A DNA stretch of 37,771 bases. Origin: Hyphochytrium catenoides (taxonomy: Eukaryota > Protista > Hyphochytriomycota). Both the position numbers and the translations under genes were made by a program. This document shows positions 1 to 11,340 of the stretch, one piece after another (within the stretch, counting starts at the first letter, position 1; each line of letters begins with the position of its first letter). The stretch covers positions 1-37,771 of the forward strand of contig FLMG01004027.1 in the NCBI GenBank assembly GCA_900088475.1, read 5' to 3'. The notes beneath the pieces were generated by a model. That model had not been told where the DNA came from. It worked only from the letters and a program-made list of their open reading frames with translations, and did not search any database.

Positions 1-333
1 TCTCTCTCTCTCTCCCCCTCCCCCTCTCTCTCCCTCTCCCTTTCTCTCTCTCCAGCTCTTTTGCCATTCTGGCCTTGCTTGAGCTTTTCTCTCTTCTTTC
101 CTCGATCTCTGTTATAAAACAGAGCGGAAGGAGATGAAGAGAGAAAAGACAAGAGAGCAAGACGGAGAGTGAGCAGAGAGTGAGTGCCTCTGCTGAGCCT
201 CACGAGGAGTTCTCACAGCTCCCACTGGCCACGGCAACTATGAAGGCAGATGGAGGCCGATAAAATCCTCGTCTCTCTTTCTCTCTCCGTTCCTAGTCTC
301 CTGTCTCCAGCGAGCTCCCACTTAAGATCATAG

Positions 334-536
334 ATGTCTGACTTCTGGTACTGGGAGGACGAGCGCGCGACGGCTCTTTCCTTCTTCAAGCTCCTGCACT
401 CAGTGCCGCAGCAGGATGATCTTGAGGTGAAGCCTTCTACACTCCAGGGCGCCGGTCTAGGTTGCTGACTATCTCCCCCTCAGTTTGCCTCTTCTCGTCT
501 CTCGCTCTCGTCTCCTGCTNNNNNNNNNNNNNNNNN

Positions 537-568
<32 letters not shown>

Positions 569-1655
569 TTCAACTTCTCCGCCTCTCTCTGCTGCTCTCA
601 CCGCCTGTCCCTTTCCTTTCCCTCTTGCTCTCAACAACTCGTACGCCTCCTCCTCTGTCTCTTTGATCCTCTTCTCTCTCTCTCTCTCTCTCTCTCCCTC
701 GCTCTCTCGCTGTCAGCTACATTCCTCCGGTGTCTCTCTCTCCCGTCTCGCCCCACACTTCCCTGCTCTATTCCTCTTCTATCCTCTCCAAGCCATCTCT
801 TTCCTCTCTCTGACACTCTTCACCCTTCAGGTCTGTTTGCCAAGCGCGTGTTCTCTCCTGGAGAGGTGATCTGTGAGTATGTTGGGCTCCTGTACAGCGC
901 CTCCCAGGCCTTCAGGCTGCTGGAGGACAAGACTTACCTCATGAGACTGGGGCCACAACTCTACTGCGACGCAAGGTGAAGAGACTTCAACTTGCTTCAA
1001 GGTTCTATCATGGCCTTCTCTTTCTCTCTTCTCTCTCTCTCTCTCTCTCTCTCTCAGTCTCTCTCTCTCTGTCTCTGTCTTTCTCCCTCTGTCTTTCTTT
1101 CTTTCTCGCCTTCTTTGGGTTTCTCCTTTCCTTCTCTTTTCTCTTCCTCTAGTGGTTATCTGACATCCTTTAACGGGTGGGATCAACCTCAAAGGATTTG
1201 ACCTCTCTCTCTTTCACTTTCTCCCTCTCTCTCTGTAGCTCGCTTTTCTTCCTCTCTGTCTCTCTCTCTCTTCTCCCTATGCACTGTCTCTCTCTCTCTC
1301 TTCTTGCTCTCTCTCTCTCGCCGCTGACGAGCTTCTTCATGCGCAGGGAGTGTCTGCATGTACTGGCACGCTATATAAATGACGGGCGATCCTCTAAGAG
1401 GAACAATGCACAGTTTCTGAAGGTAAGAGGCTGGACAGTTCCTTTGTCTCTCTGTGTCTCTCCTTCCCTGAGTCCTCTTTTTAACTATCCGCAATCCGAA
1501 GCTCTTTTCTCTGTCCCTCACTCTGTTTAACTCTTTGTCACGCGGACGCTATCTTTAGGAGCTTTCTCTCTCTTGCTAAGTCCCTTGCGCAACTCTTCTC
1601 CCTATAATCTCTACCAAGAAGAGAAGACGAAGGCCCTTTTCGCAGCTCTTCTCTT

Positions 1656-1696
<41 letters not shown>

Positions 1697-1967
1697 TCCT
1701 CTCCTTTTTTTGGTTTCTTTCTCTCTCTAAGACCCTACACATAAACATAAACTCTTCCATCTCTAATGTCTAACAGTCTAAACACTGCTGTCGCCCTTGT
1801 GATACCAGGAGCCCGAAAGAGAAAGAGCTCTCGTCATTGCCACCTCGGTCATCCAAGAGGGAGAAGAAGTGCTGGTGGCTTATGGTGCTCGGTACTGGCT
1901 AGGCTGGAGCTTTACACAGAGGAAAGTGAAATCTGCTGACAGAGAAGACGTTTGTCGCGAGGGCTGA
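334..1967 (+). CDS. Stand-alone SET-domain protein (putative lysine methyltransferase), ~168 aa; exons 334-460, 831-975, 1347-1422, 1809-1967
   Basis: Four GT-AG-bounded exons join in frame (507 nt): MSDFWYWEDE...LEVKPSTLQGAGL|GLFAKRVFSPGEVICEYVG...KTYLMRLGPQLYCDAR|ECLHVLARYINDGRSSKRNNAQFLK|EPERERALVIATSVIQEGEEVLVAYGARYW. SET motifs GxGLFA, ARYIN and GEE(L/V)xxxYG..YW are present. Confidence 0.88.
520..536. other. Assembly gap (17 N) beside a (CT)n tract in SET intron 1
   Basis: Run of n characters followed directly by (TC)n. Confidence 0.99.
537..1730 (+). repeat. Dense imperfect (CT)n microsatellite / polypyrimidine tracts in the SET gene introns
   Basis: Repeated tctctc runs, e.g. 537-563, 673-697, 1030-1080, 1655-1700. 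Confidence 0.95.
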
Positions 1968-2468
1968 GGGAACATGAGGACCGAGCGGAAGTTAAATAAA
2001 GGTGTTAAAGAGAAAGAAAGAGGGGCAGAGAGAGAGAGAGAGAGAGGCACATATTCCAGAGGGCATTAAGCGGAAAGCGATCTCTCTGTGGTCCAGCTTT
2101 TTTATAGAAGGCAGAAATGCAGCGGCAGATGTTTGTTAGCAGTCTCTATGGTCCATTAAGCCATCTCACGTGTGAGCATGCGCGGATTTGGTACTGTTCA
2201 CGCAGTTCATCGAAGCATTGACGGGCTAAGGGGAAGGAGAGAGACACACAGAGAGAGAGAGAAAGAGAGACAGAGAGCGCAGAGAGAGAGACAGAGCGCC
2301 AATTAGGCCGCGAGAAGGCAGAAGGAGACATCAGTGCAACAAAACAGCGCTTGACAGCGACAATCTCTGCTATGTTTATAAATAAACCCATATATACATA
2401 GAAACAACCGAAGTGGCAAGTGTTCAGTTCTCTCTTCCCTTGGAGAAGTTAGAGGTGCCATGAGTAGT

Positions 2469-4820
2469 TCAGTCCACAACCTTTACCATGTCCTTATATC
2501 TCTCTAGTGCCTTCTCTAGCACCGTCACTGGTGACATTGCCTCCAGTTTGCCGTCAGCGAAGAGACTGAGAAGATTCGCTGAAAAGCCACTAACCAGTGC
2601 TGTGCCGCTCTCATGCTGCGTAACAGGACAAGTCACAGCAGCCTTCTGGTGATGGCCTCTCTCTCCTGGGCGGAGATTCCAAAAGATGAGTCGTGGCAAG
2701 TCATAGCCAGCAGCGCTGAACTCTGCCTTCATTTTCTCAAAGACCGTCGCTTTGTTCTTATTAGGTTTTTGTTTGTCGAACTCCATGTCCGAGAAGATAA
2801 AGATCTGCTGTACCATCTCCTCTTTCTTCAGTTGTGCAGCCTTAGCCTGGCGGAGAATAAGTTGGTAGACAGCTTGAATGTCCGTGTTATAGCCCCAATC
2901 CATCCCTAACATTGCATTATACTTCTCAGGCAGCGTCTGAGAAAGCTCAACCTTGAAGAATCGGGGCTTAGCACTGAAGGTGCACACCAACCCTTGGAAG
3001 GGTGGGAGAGAGCACTCAGCGATCAGAAGGCCGAGAGCGATGGCTACCTCTAAAGGAAGGCCTCTCATCGAGCCTGAGACATCAACAACCGCTAAAGAAT
3101 GAGAAAGTGTGCACTTTCGCTTCATCTGCTCCACGTACTCCTTCCACTGAAGCTCCTTCACTTCATCGAACTGCGTGGGCTCTGGTCCAAGGATCTCGTG
3201 AGGCATCAGCGCTTTGCTGTTGATCTTCTTCTCTCCCTGCGCAACAGACACGAGATACTGAGAGAACCTCTCTGCGTCTCTCTTTTGGAACGCCTGCTTT
3301 CTGTTCTTCATGCAGACTGATGGCACTCTCGCGTAGTCTATTTCTTCCCATTTGCCCGCTGACATCAGGGTCTCAGTGAGACGGGCTGCACCTCTTAAGG
3401 GCGTTAGAAAGTTCTTGGCGTACAGCCGGCGTGCTCTATCAAGATAGACTGGAAATGGCTCCGCTTTATTAGCCTGTTGATGACGAAAGCTGGCTTCAGG
3501 GTAGAGAAGGAGAGCAATTGTTGAAGAGAGAAGTGTGTGCTCATCCTCACTCTTTCCAGGAGATGGGGCCCACTTTGCTGCCAAAGAAGAGACTTCTCTC
3601 TTCTTTGCCTTCTCTCCTTCACTTCGCTTTAGAGCCAGCTTATCACGCTGGAGCTGAGAGGCATATACAAGGGCAACTGCCGTATGGAGAGCGCGGTAGT
3701 CTTTGTTAGTGTTGAAGATGCCTCTGGCCTGGCTGGTCTTCTCTTCTCTTTTCCTCCTCTTGATAGCCTTCGTTCGCTGTGCCTTGGCGAGACGCTTTAG
3801 CCCGTACTGCTGGATTCTTTGGTCGTTGTCCCTCTTGCCCATACGAAAGGCCATCAATTTCCGATTGGCCCTGGGACAGTCTTTGTCAACGATAGCTTTG
3901 TGCCTTTCCCAAGGCGTCTTGTCCTCCAACGTGGCAAGGAGTAACAGCAAAGTGTTGAGGTCCTTCCAGTAGCCTAACTTTACTACGGCAGGAAGGTTGA
4001 AGATCAGAGTCCGCGGATGGTGCTGGTAGAGCCATCGAAGAGCAAAGTAAGCGACTCCTCTCTCTCCCTTTCCCTCTCTCACATCTCTAAGATGCGCCAC
4101 GGCTTGCAACGTCTCTTGCTTCATGGCCTGCCAGCTCGCGGAGAGAAGAGACTTCACTTTCCTGTTTGTTGTACATCCAAAGACCTGAAAGAAGAAGTCC
4201 AGCAGCGGGTTATCAGAGGAAGAGAAGCCATATGCCCCGTTCTCTGTTCTCTGTCTTTTGGTAGGTTCAGGCAGTTGACTTAGCATTGCTTCCACGAACG
4301 CATCTCTTTCCTCTTTCGTCTCTTCTCCCTCTGCAAGCGTCTCTCCTTCTCGCTCTTCTGTCGTCTTCTTTCTTCCTTCTTTCTCTTCTGGCTCTGGGTA
4401 GAAGACCTGGAGAAGCTCCTGCAAGAGCTCTGTCGTCGAAGGATAAGGAGAGACTTTTCTTCTCTTCTTTCTCTCTTTGTGTTCTTCAACCTTTTGTTGC
4501 CTCTGGCCGTCCAGCTCTTCCCCTTCTTCTTCCATTGGCTCCCCAGAAGACGGAGGAGAAGAAGGAGAGAGCTCTTCATCATTCACATCTATCCAGTCTT
4601 CTTCTTCTTTTTCTCCTGCTTCCATGGCTCCTTCTCCTGCTTCTTCTGTCTTCTCAGACGAAGCGCTTGTGTTAGTAGAGACAGTCATCTCTTGCATCGC
4701 CTCTAGATGAAAGCAGATCTTCTTTAGGAGAGAAGGAGCGGCAAGGAGCTCTGGCGCCAGCTGCAGAGAATAGTGCTCCCACTTCTTGTGCAGTGAGCTT
4801 GAGGAGGAAGAGCCGCTCAT
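2469..4820 (-). CDS. DUF2828-family protein with C-terminal VWA (MIDAS) domain, TROVE/Ro60-like; 783 aa ORF
   Basis: Family motifs: RTENGA..SSSDNPLLDFFF, LRDVREGKGER, GYWKDL, SLAAKWAPS, WEEIDYARVPSVCM, ELQW, AVVDVSGSM (MIDAS DxSxS), MDWGYNTD, FIFSDMEFD, LPRLIFWNLR, LVSGFS. The N-terminal ~190 aa are acidic and low-complexity. The frame stays open upstream to a possible acceptor at ~4887, so a further 5' exon is possible. Confidence 0.92.
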   Translation of the reverse strand: MSGSSSSSSLHKKWEHYSLQLAPELLAAPSLLKKICFHLEAMQEMTVSTNTSASSEKTEEAGEGAMEAGEKEEEDWIDVNDEELSPSSPPSSGEPMEEEGEELDGQRQQKVEEHKERKKRRKVSPYPSTTELLQELLQVFYPEPEEKEGRKKTTEEREGETLAEGEETKEERDAFVEAMLSQLPEPTKRQRTENGAYGFSSSDNPLLDFFFQVFGCTTNRKVKSLLSASWQAMKQETLQAVAHLRDVREGKGERGVAYFALRWLYQHHPRTLIFNLPAVVKLGYWKDLNTLLLLLATLEDKTPWERHKAIVDKDCPRANRKLMAFRMGKRDNDQRIQQYGLKRLAKAQRTKAIKRRKREEKTSQARGIFNTNKDYRALHTAVALVYASQLQRDKLALKRSEGEKAKKREVSSLAAKWAPSPGKSEDEHTLLSSTIALLLYPEASFRHQQANKAEPFPVYLDRARRLYAKNFLTPLRGAARLTETLMSAGKWEEIDYARVPSVCMKNRKQAFQKRDAERFSQYLVSVAQGEKKINSKALMPHEILGPEPTQFDEVKELQWKEYVEQMKRKCTLSHSLAVVDVSGSMRGLPLEVAIALGLLIAECSLPPFQGLVCTFSAKPRFFKVELSQTLPEKYNAMLGMDWGYNTDIQAVYQLILRQAKAAQLKKEEMVQQIFIFSDMEFDKQKPNKNKATVFEKMKAEFSAAGYDLPRLIFWNLRPGERGHHQKAAVTCPVTQHESGTALVSGFSANLLSLFADGKLEAMSPVTVLEKALERYKDMVKVVD

Positions 4821-4935
4821 GTTGAGATGCTGTTGTGGGCCTGGGATACTCTTCTCTTCTATGGGATGAGGAGGAAGACTTGTGTCCTGAAGAGAAATCT
4901 GGGCAATGAGCTCAGCACACCTTAGCCACTCGTCT

Positions 4936-5590
4936 GCTCTCTCTCTCTCTCTCTCTCGCTCGCTCTCAGTCTATCTCCCCTTCACATCCACATATTTTGT
5001 TGCTTAAACGCGGTGCGTTCATTCCACACGTCCAATCTAGATTCTCTCTTTCTGTCTCTCTCTCTGTCAGCCTGCATCTACCTCTCTTGCAATTTCTCTT
5101 CCCCATCCCAATAGTTTTGTTCCACGCTCTCTCTCTCTGTCAGTCGGCCACTACCTCTCTTACCCGTCTCTCTGTTATAACACCCGTCCTCTTCCGCTCA
5201 ATTTCACTCTTCTCTCTCTTCCCGACACCTCTCTCTCTCTCTCTCTCATTCTGGCTCCCTCTTCTCTAGCTTTTTCTTTCTCTCTCTCTCTGTGCCGTGC
5301 TGGCTCTACTCACGCTTTGTCTCAACCACATTCTGCTTCCAGCCTCCACCCACAACTTCGCTGCCTCTCTCCTCTATGCTCTGTCTCTCCTCTTCTTGAC
5401 CTACATCTATCGCAAGCACTCATAATTCCTTCTCTCCCTCTCTCTCTTCCTCTCTCTCTCTGTCTCTCTCTTTCTCAATCTCTCTCTTTGTCTCACTATC
5501 ACTCTCCCTCTCTCTGTCTCTCTCTGTCTCTCTCTGTGTCTCTCTCTCTCTCTTACTCTCTCTCTCTCTCTTTCTCTCTGTCTCTTTCTT
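4936..5590 (+). repeat. Intergenic (CT)n-rich low-complexity tract
   Basis: Nearly continuous tctctc/tgtctc runs, densest at 5430-5590. Confidence 0.9.
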
Positions 5591-5718
5591 TATGACTGAT
5601 CTGGTCAAAAAAGGTCGAAGATCTCTCTTTTGGAAGTTTCCGCCTAGGAGTGAGGGTCTTCCCTTTATAACAATCACTCCTCTTTCCTTGGTGCTAAAAT
5701 TATGACAGAAGTATTCTA

Positions 5719-5796
5719 CACATACCATCACTCCTCTCCTCTTCCTTTCCTGGAACCTTCTCACATACCATCACTCCTCTCCTCTTCCTTTCCTGG
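5719..5796. repeat. Perfect 35-bp direct repeat, two copies, period 43 bp
   Basis: cacataccatcactcctctcctcttcctttcctgg at 5719-5753 and at 5762-5796. Confidence 0.9.
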
Positions 5797-7247
5797 GGTG
5801 GGGATCTTTCTTTGTCTGGTCGTCTCTTTTCCTCTTTCTTCTGCCCTCGACCTTTGCCTCCTTACTAGATTCCTTTTCTTCCTCTTTGTCTTGGGCACCA
5901 GCACTCTCTCGCACTCTCGCGGTCGGTAATGATTGATGATGGTGCAGCCAGGCAACCGATCGGTGTTAAAGAACCATGGAAGGCCCCAAAACCACCAACA
6001 AGTAAGAAGAATACGACAGCTGGTGATGCTGGAAGAAGAAGGTTTGGGGAGAGCGAAGGAGAGAAGCGTCTCTCCCCATTGCTGATGCGAGAAGAGTGTT
6101 GAGAGACAATGAGGATCCCCAGCAGCGCGGATAATAACGTGCTGACGAAGTGTCCTTTGTACTATTATCTACCTCTTCTCGTCCACAAAGACCGTCACAG
6201 AAAATTTCTTTTATATTTCTTCAATATTGTTCGTTGTCAAGAGCAGCAGCCAGAGGAAAAAGCTAGAGAACTGCACCCACTGGTGTAGCTGCAATCATCA
6301 ATGTAGCCGTAGCTATAATTATGCTATTATCTCTTCCCATGGTCCACCATCACCATCCCCCGCAGGCCGTCGATGATGAGGAGGAGGAAGGTTAGGCCCG
6401 ATATCTGTTTGTGGCTGTATCGGTAAGAACTCCTAAGAATAGTAATGATATGTTCCTTTATCTTCTTCATATTATTCAAACAGCAGCGATGGCAAACGCT
6501 AAGGGAGAAGAAGAGGGCCATGCCCACTACTATTATTTCTTGCTGATGATAATCAAAAGTGACGAGGGCGATGAATTGGCGGATATTCTTGCTCGCCATA
6601 GAGTAAGTCTACCTTATTTCTTATCTTGATGATGACGATGAGAAGAAGAAGGAGGGGCCATCAACAGCGAGCACGGAGTTTTGGGAGGAAAGAAGACGCG
6701 AAGAAGCAGAAGAGAAGAAAGGAGAAGAAAGGAGAAGAAGAGAGTCGCTATCTAAGGAAGATTGCTCGCTGAGGAGGAAAAAAGATGTTGAGAGCACGAA
6801 ATGTAAGAAAGCCCGAAGGAAATCCTAGCCAGTAACGGCTCCTCAGCATTCCGAACCTGACACTCCTTTTGATGATTGAAGGTATTCTAGATAATACATG
6901 AGTCAGGTTATTGCAAGAAGCAACCACCAAAGAATGTGCTGTCGTGGGCAAGGACGATATCTTTGCTTCTGAGAATGAATCTTCAGATCTTCGATCATCT
7001 TCACCAAAGTCTTCGCATCTTTTGCCTGATATTCTGACTCCGTCTCCGTCTCTCACTCATCGGTCTGGCCCTCTGTCTACGTCTCTCCTTCTCTCTCGAA
7101 GAAGTATTACTCTGTCTCTTAGAGATTGTCTCTCTCCTAGTGGTCTGTGCCTGCCTCTTCACGTTGCCTTTCTCCTTCTTTCGCTTTTGGGGTCGGTGCG
7201 ACGACCTCAGATCCTATATTATTCAGAGCTCAGATCGTAACGTGAGG

Positions 7248-7567
7248 ATGTTTTCAAAGACTCGGCCGGAGGAGCAAAAGATGAGAGAGGAGATGAAAGA
7301 GTTCTGGCAGGAGCACGCTGGACAACTGGAAGTCCAAGACTCTCACCGAGACGCAGAACTGCTCAGAGCGGAAGAGCGGGAGGTAAATCTTATATGTCGC
7401 TTCAAGGCTTCGAAGTTGGCAATGTGCTTCCTCACTCTCTTTGGTTTTCTCACTATCTCTCGTGGCCTACGTGTAGACTCTCTCCCTCTCTCCCTTGGTT
7501 CCAGTAGCCTCTAGATGTATTGACCTTTGTTATCCTTGTTTATTTAGAGAGTTCACCTTAGATCGTC

Positions 7568-7639
<72 letters not shown>

Positions 7640-10600
7640 CCTTCCCTCTTTCTCCCCCTCTTCTCCATCTCTCTCTCTCTTCTCTCTGTCTCACATTTGG
7701 GCTCTCTCTAGATCTTAGCATCGCTGCCCGCCTACGAAGGTGGAGTCGTCGTTGACCTAGGAGCTGGGAATGGCCGATACACCCGTCACCTGGCCGGACA
7801 GGCGAAGGAAGTTATCGGTATCAGGCAGCCTTGGAGGGAATAGTCCCTTATCTTCCTCTCTCTCTTGCCATCCCTCTCTCGTCCTTATCCAAGCATAACG
7901 TATGTGTGTCTCTCTCTCTCACTCTTTACCTCTCTTTGCTCTCCCTATCACTTACTCTTCGTTGTCAAGATCTTCCATCTTTCCCTGCTGTCTGCCTTGG
8001 ATATAGATTGCATGCTCTGACTCTGTCCTCTTCTCTCGGACGGAAAGCTGTGGACTTTATCAAAGAGATCGTCGATGCCAACCGAGCAGCAACCGAGAGA
8101 GACGCCAAGAACGTAAAGTTTGTCTTAGAGGACATCTCCTCTCTCTCAGGCATTGCTGACAAGTCAACAGATTTAGTTCTCGCCAACTCTGTCTTGATGT
8201 ACCTGCCAGAGGTAAGAAAGGGAAGAAAGTGCTACAACTAGAATGGGCTTATCTCTTCAAGGTTGACCTTGTATGGCCTCTCATCTGGGTCATTTAGGGA
8301 AAGGAAGAGAGGAGGTCCATGTTCGTCAGCTGCTTGTCTTGTTGTCGTTTTCGCCTGTCTTCCTATGTGTGTGCTTACCTCTCTTGAAAGTGTTCCTCTT
8401 TTTATCTTTGATCTTTGTTCACCAGTACGATTCTTGTCAGCTCGAAGCACTCAAAGAAAGGCACTCGGCGCCTCTCTCTCTCTCTTCTTCGCCTCTGTTG
8501 CTCCTTTGCCTTTGTTGCTCTCTCTCTCCCTTTTGGCTCCCTAGAGTGATGTGCAGGCTGCTGCACAGCGCGCTTTGGAGGTCCTTAAAGATGGCGGGTA
8601 CTTGGTCTCTCACGAGGCATGCTTCCTGGAGAAGTCTCAGGAGTCCGTCAGCTTGGTTGGGGAGTACAGGCACCCCAGGTTAGAGGACGCAAAGTAGCTC
8701 GTCTCTCTTTCTCATCCATTTTCTCTATTCCTTCCTCAGCTCTTCGGCCTCTAAGACGTCGACCCTTAAATTGATAGATGTGACTCATTTCTAACAAATT
8801 TGTAGCTGAACGTCTTCTATATGCCTGGCATCGATGATTCTCTATGTCTACAGCTTGCTTTATGCTAAAACATATTGTCTCTTTGCAGTTTCTACTGTGA
8901 GGTCATAAGCAAATGCTTTGTCAACGAGGGAGAGGGACTCTTGAGCCGCTTTGACCTTGTTAGCTGCCGACCGCTCGAGAGCTACAGGGCTAAGAAGAAG
9001 ACCAATGGACATCTTCTATGGGTTTGGAAGAAGGCGACAAGAAAAGAGAACGAGGGTAAGGAGGATGAGGGAAGTCCCAAGAAAGAAGAGACTGAGTCCC
9101 ATCCTATGTCTTGAAGTCCGGTGGGGTGTCCAACAGGAGCAGAGACCAAATATATGCAAAAAGTCATAGCGAGGAAGAGAGTTAATGGGAATACAAGGAC
9201 CATAGAGAGTGGGTTGGGCGTGTGTCTCTGCCCCAGAAGAGCTATTTAGTCCGAGGGTATGAGAGAGAGCAAGAAGTGAGAGAAGAGAGAAAAAGATGTG
9301 GCAGACCTCGTAGAAGAGCCATGAGGGGGAGCACCCGCTGTGAGACGCAATGCTATTCTTCTTCTAACTCTAATGACTCAGATGATTTCCGGCGCTTTCT
9401 GGACAATCAGCAGTACTCGCGGACGGGCATCCTGCGCTATGAGAAAATCTTTGGTGATGGCTTCGTTAGGTATGTCCAGTATACAAGGATAAGAGTGATA
9501 ACAATGAAAGAGAGATGTCATGGGCAGGGAAGTGCTTCCATACTCAATCCTGCCGTCTCACTTGCTTCCACGGCTTGTTTTGGGCCGTCGCTTCTCCATA
9601 CTCCAACCAGCACTGGAGGCTTAGAGACCACAGAGGAATTTATTCCATTGCTTCAGCTAAAACCAGGGGAGCGAGTCCTGGACGTCGGCTGCGGAATAGG
9701 AGGAGGAGACTTCTATATCTGTGACAAGTTTCAAGCAGAGGTTGTGCAGGATGAGCAAGATTCTTTCCCACTTTTCGTCGGTGCTCTTCTTTGCTGCGCT
9801 ACTGCTTGTCAGAGTCTCCAACCAACTACTCTTGCCCTTTTCAAGGCTGCACTCTATCTAACGAGGCTCTGCTCTTCCTTCCTGCCACATCAATCCTCGG
9901 ATAACACAGGTAGTTGGCATCGATCTGTCGACTAATATGGTGAACATCGCTTTGGAGAGGGCGGCAGAGCAAGGACGCACGGACGTGATGTTTGAGATCT
10001 GTGATGCGACAAAGAAAGAATATCCTCCAGGTGAGAGTTGAAGACACCGAGACGATTAGAAGGCTGGCATTTCTGGTCAGGTTTCCCGTCTCTTTCTCCA
10101 ATTCTGGGCTTGAGGTCACAATCATGCAGTCCCTCCTTCTCTCAGTGAAAATGGCACCAAGTGGGAGAAGTGTTTAGCTTCCCATTCATCCCTTCATAGT
10201 ACTTTCTCTCTGAAATTGCGCTTCTTCTCATGTATAATTCTGCAGAGTCTTTCGACGTGGTATATTCGAGAGACACCATCCTTCACATAGAGGACAAGCT
10301 TTCCCTTTTCAAGAACTTCTACAAGTGGCTTCGACCAGGCGGCCGAGTTCTTATTACGGATTACTGTTGCGGCCCGCCTCCGCATTCAGAAAGGTGAGCC
10401 GAGCAGAAGACATCGAGCAGTATGGGAATCTTAGGCTTGGAGGGAAGACAAAATGACCATGCTATTAAGAGCTCCCCATTCACCCTGTGTGTTCCTACAC
10501 TTTCGCTGCCCCTCTGCCTCTCTTTCAGATTCGAAAAGTATGTGGCCCAGCGTGGGTATCACCTGCATACAGTGCCCGACTATGGAAAGATCTTAGAAGG

Positions 10601-10992
10601 TAAGCATGACCAGTCTCTCTGCATTCTGCTTCAGACCCGCTTTCGCCTCTTTCCTTTATGTTCGCTAGTTCAGACTAATCCTCTTTGCTATCTTCCTTCG
10701 TGAGGCTGCCTATCTCTCTCCTCTACCTCTCTTGCTAATCTGACAATCCTTTTTTGGACACTTCCTGATAGCGGCTGGCTTCTCGAGAGTTCGCGCAGAT
10801 GACCGCACAGAGCAAATGATCTCCATTTTGAAGAGAGAGCTACAGAGAACGGAAGAGGAAAAGAAGGAAGAGTTTCTCACGGAGATGTCTGAGGATGACT
10901 ATGAGTACATTATCCAGGGTTGGAAGGACAAGGTCGTCAGGTGTGGAGAGGGAGACCAGCGATGGGGCCTCTTTCTGGGGTACAAGGACTGA
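7248..10992 (+). CDS. PMT: Two-domain (plant-type) phosphoethanolamine N-methyltransferase, ~494 aa; exons 7248-7382, 7712-7817, 8048-8211, 8545-8678, 8889-9055, 9382-9469, 9611-9740, 9910-10030, 10246-10393, 10529-10599, 10772-10992
   Basis: Eleven GT-AG exons sum to 1485 nt in frame. Domain 1: [37 protein letters not shown]. Domain 2: [110 protein letters not shown]. Collinear with plant PEAMT/NMT1 as I recall it. Confidence 0.95.
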
Positions 10993-11340
10993 GCTCTAGC
11001 TCTTAGGTCTAAGCCATCATAAAACGAACAACAGATTGTGAAGCTACGTTGTCTCTTAGTTCTCCTATGACAAGGGACCGAACATTTGCTCTTGCTTCCT
11101 CCTCCATTGCCCATACTTTTGCAGCACAGGGTGAAGCAATATATAAGTATTATCGCCGTTATACGCCGTCTTTACCTTCAAAAAGTGACAAAAAGCTCGC
11201 TCTCCTTTTCCTTCTCTCGCCCCTTCAACCTCGTCAGCATTGAAGAGTCGGCAGTATCCAAACATAGTCTTTGCCTTCACTGCCCACAGCAACAAAAGAA
11301 GAGGGAGAAGAATCTTTCCACCTCAGGGTTTGTGCTCAAA

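Noticed and set aside
437-1773. Multiple Ser/Leu-rich or Arg/Glu-rich ORFs (SLSLSL / RERERE)
   Set aside because: These are translations of (CT)n/(GA)n intronic microsatellites. Only the embedded SET exons are real.
5719-5796. 35-bp direct repeat as CRISPR-like array or LTR/TSD
   Set aside because: Only two copies with an 8-bp spacer in a eukaryotic context; a simple local duplication.
9470-9610. Stop-free in-frame (3n) introns: PMT 9470-9610, RME-8-like 13656-13793, ODR-4 29262-29369
   Set aside because: They inflate ORFs in the supplied track, but a few such cases among dozens of 100-140 nt introns are expected by chance. Homology supports their removal.
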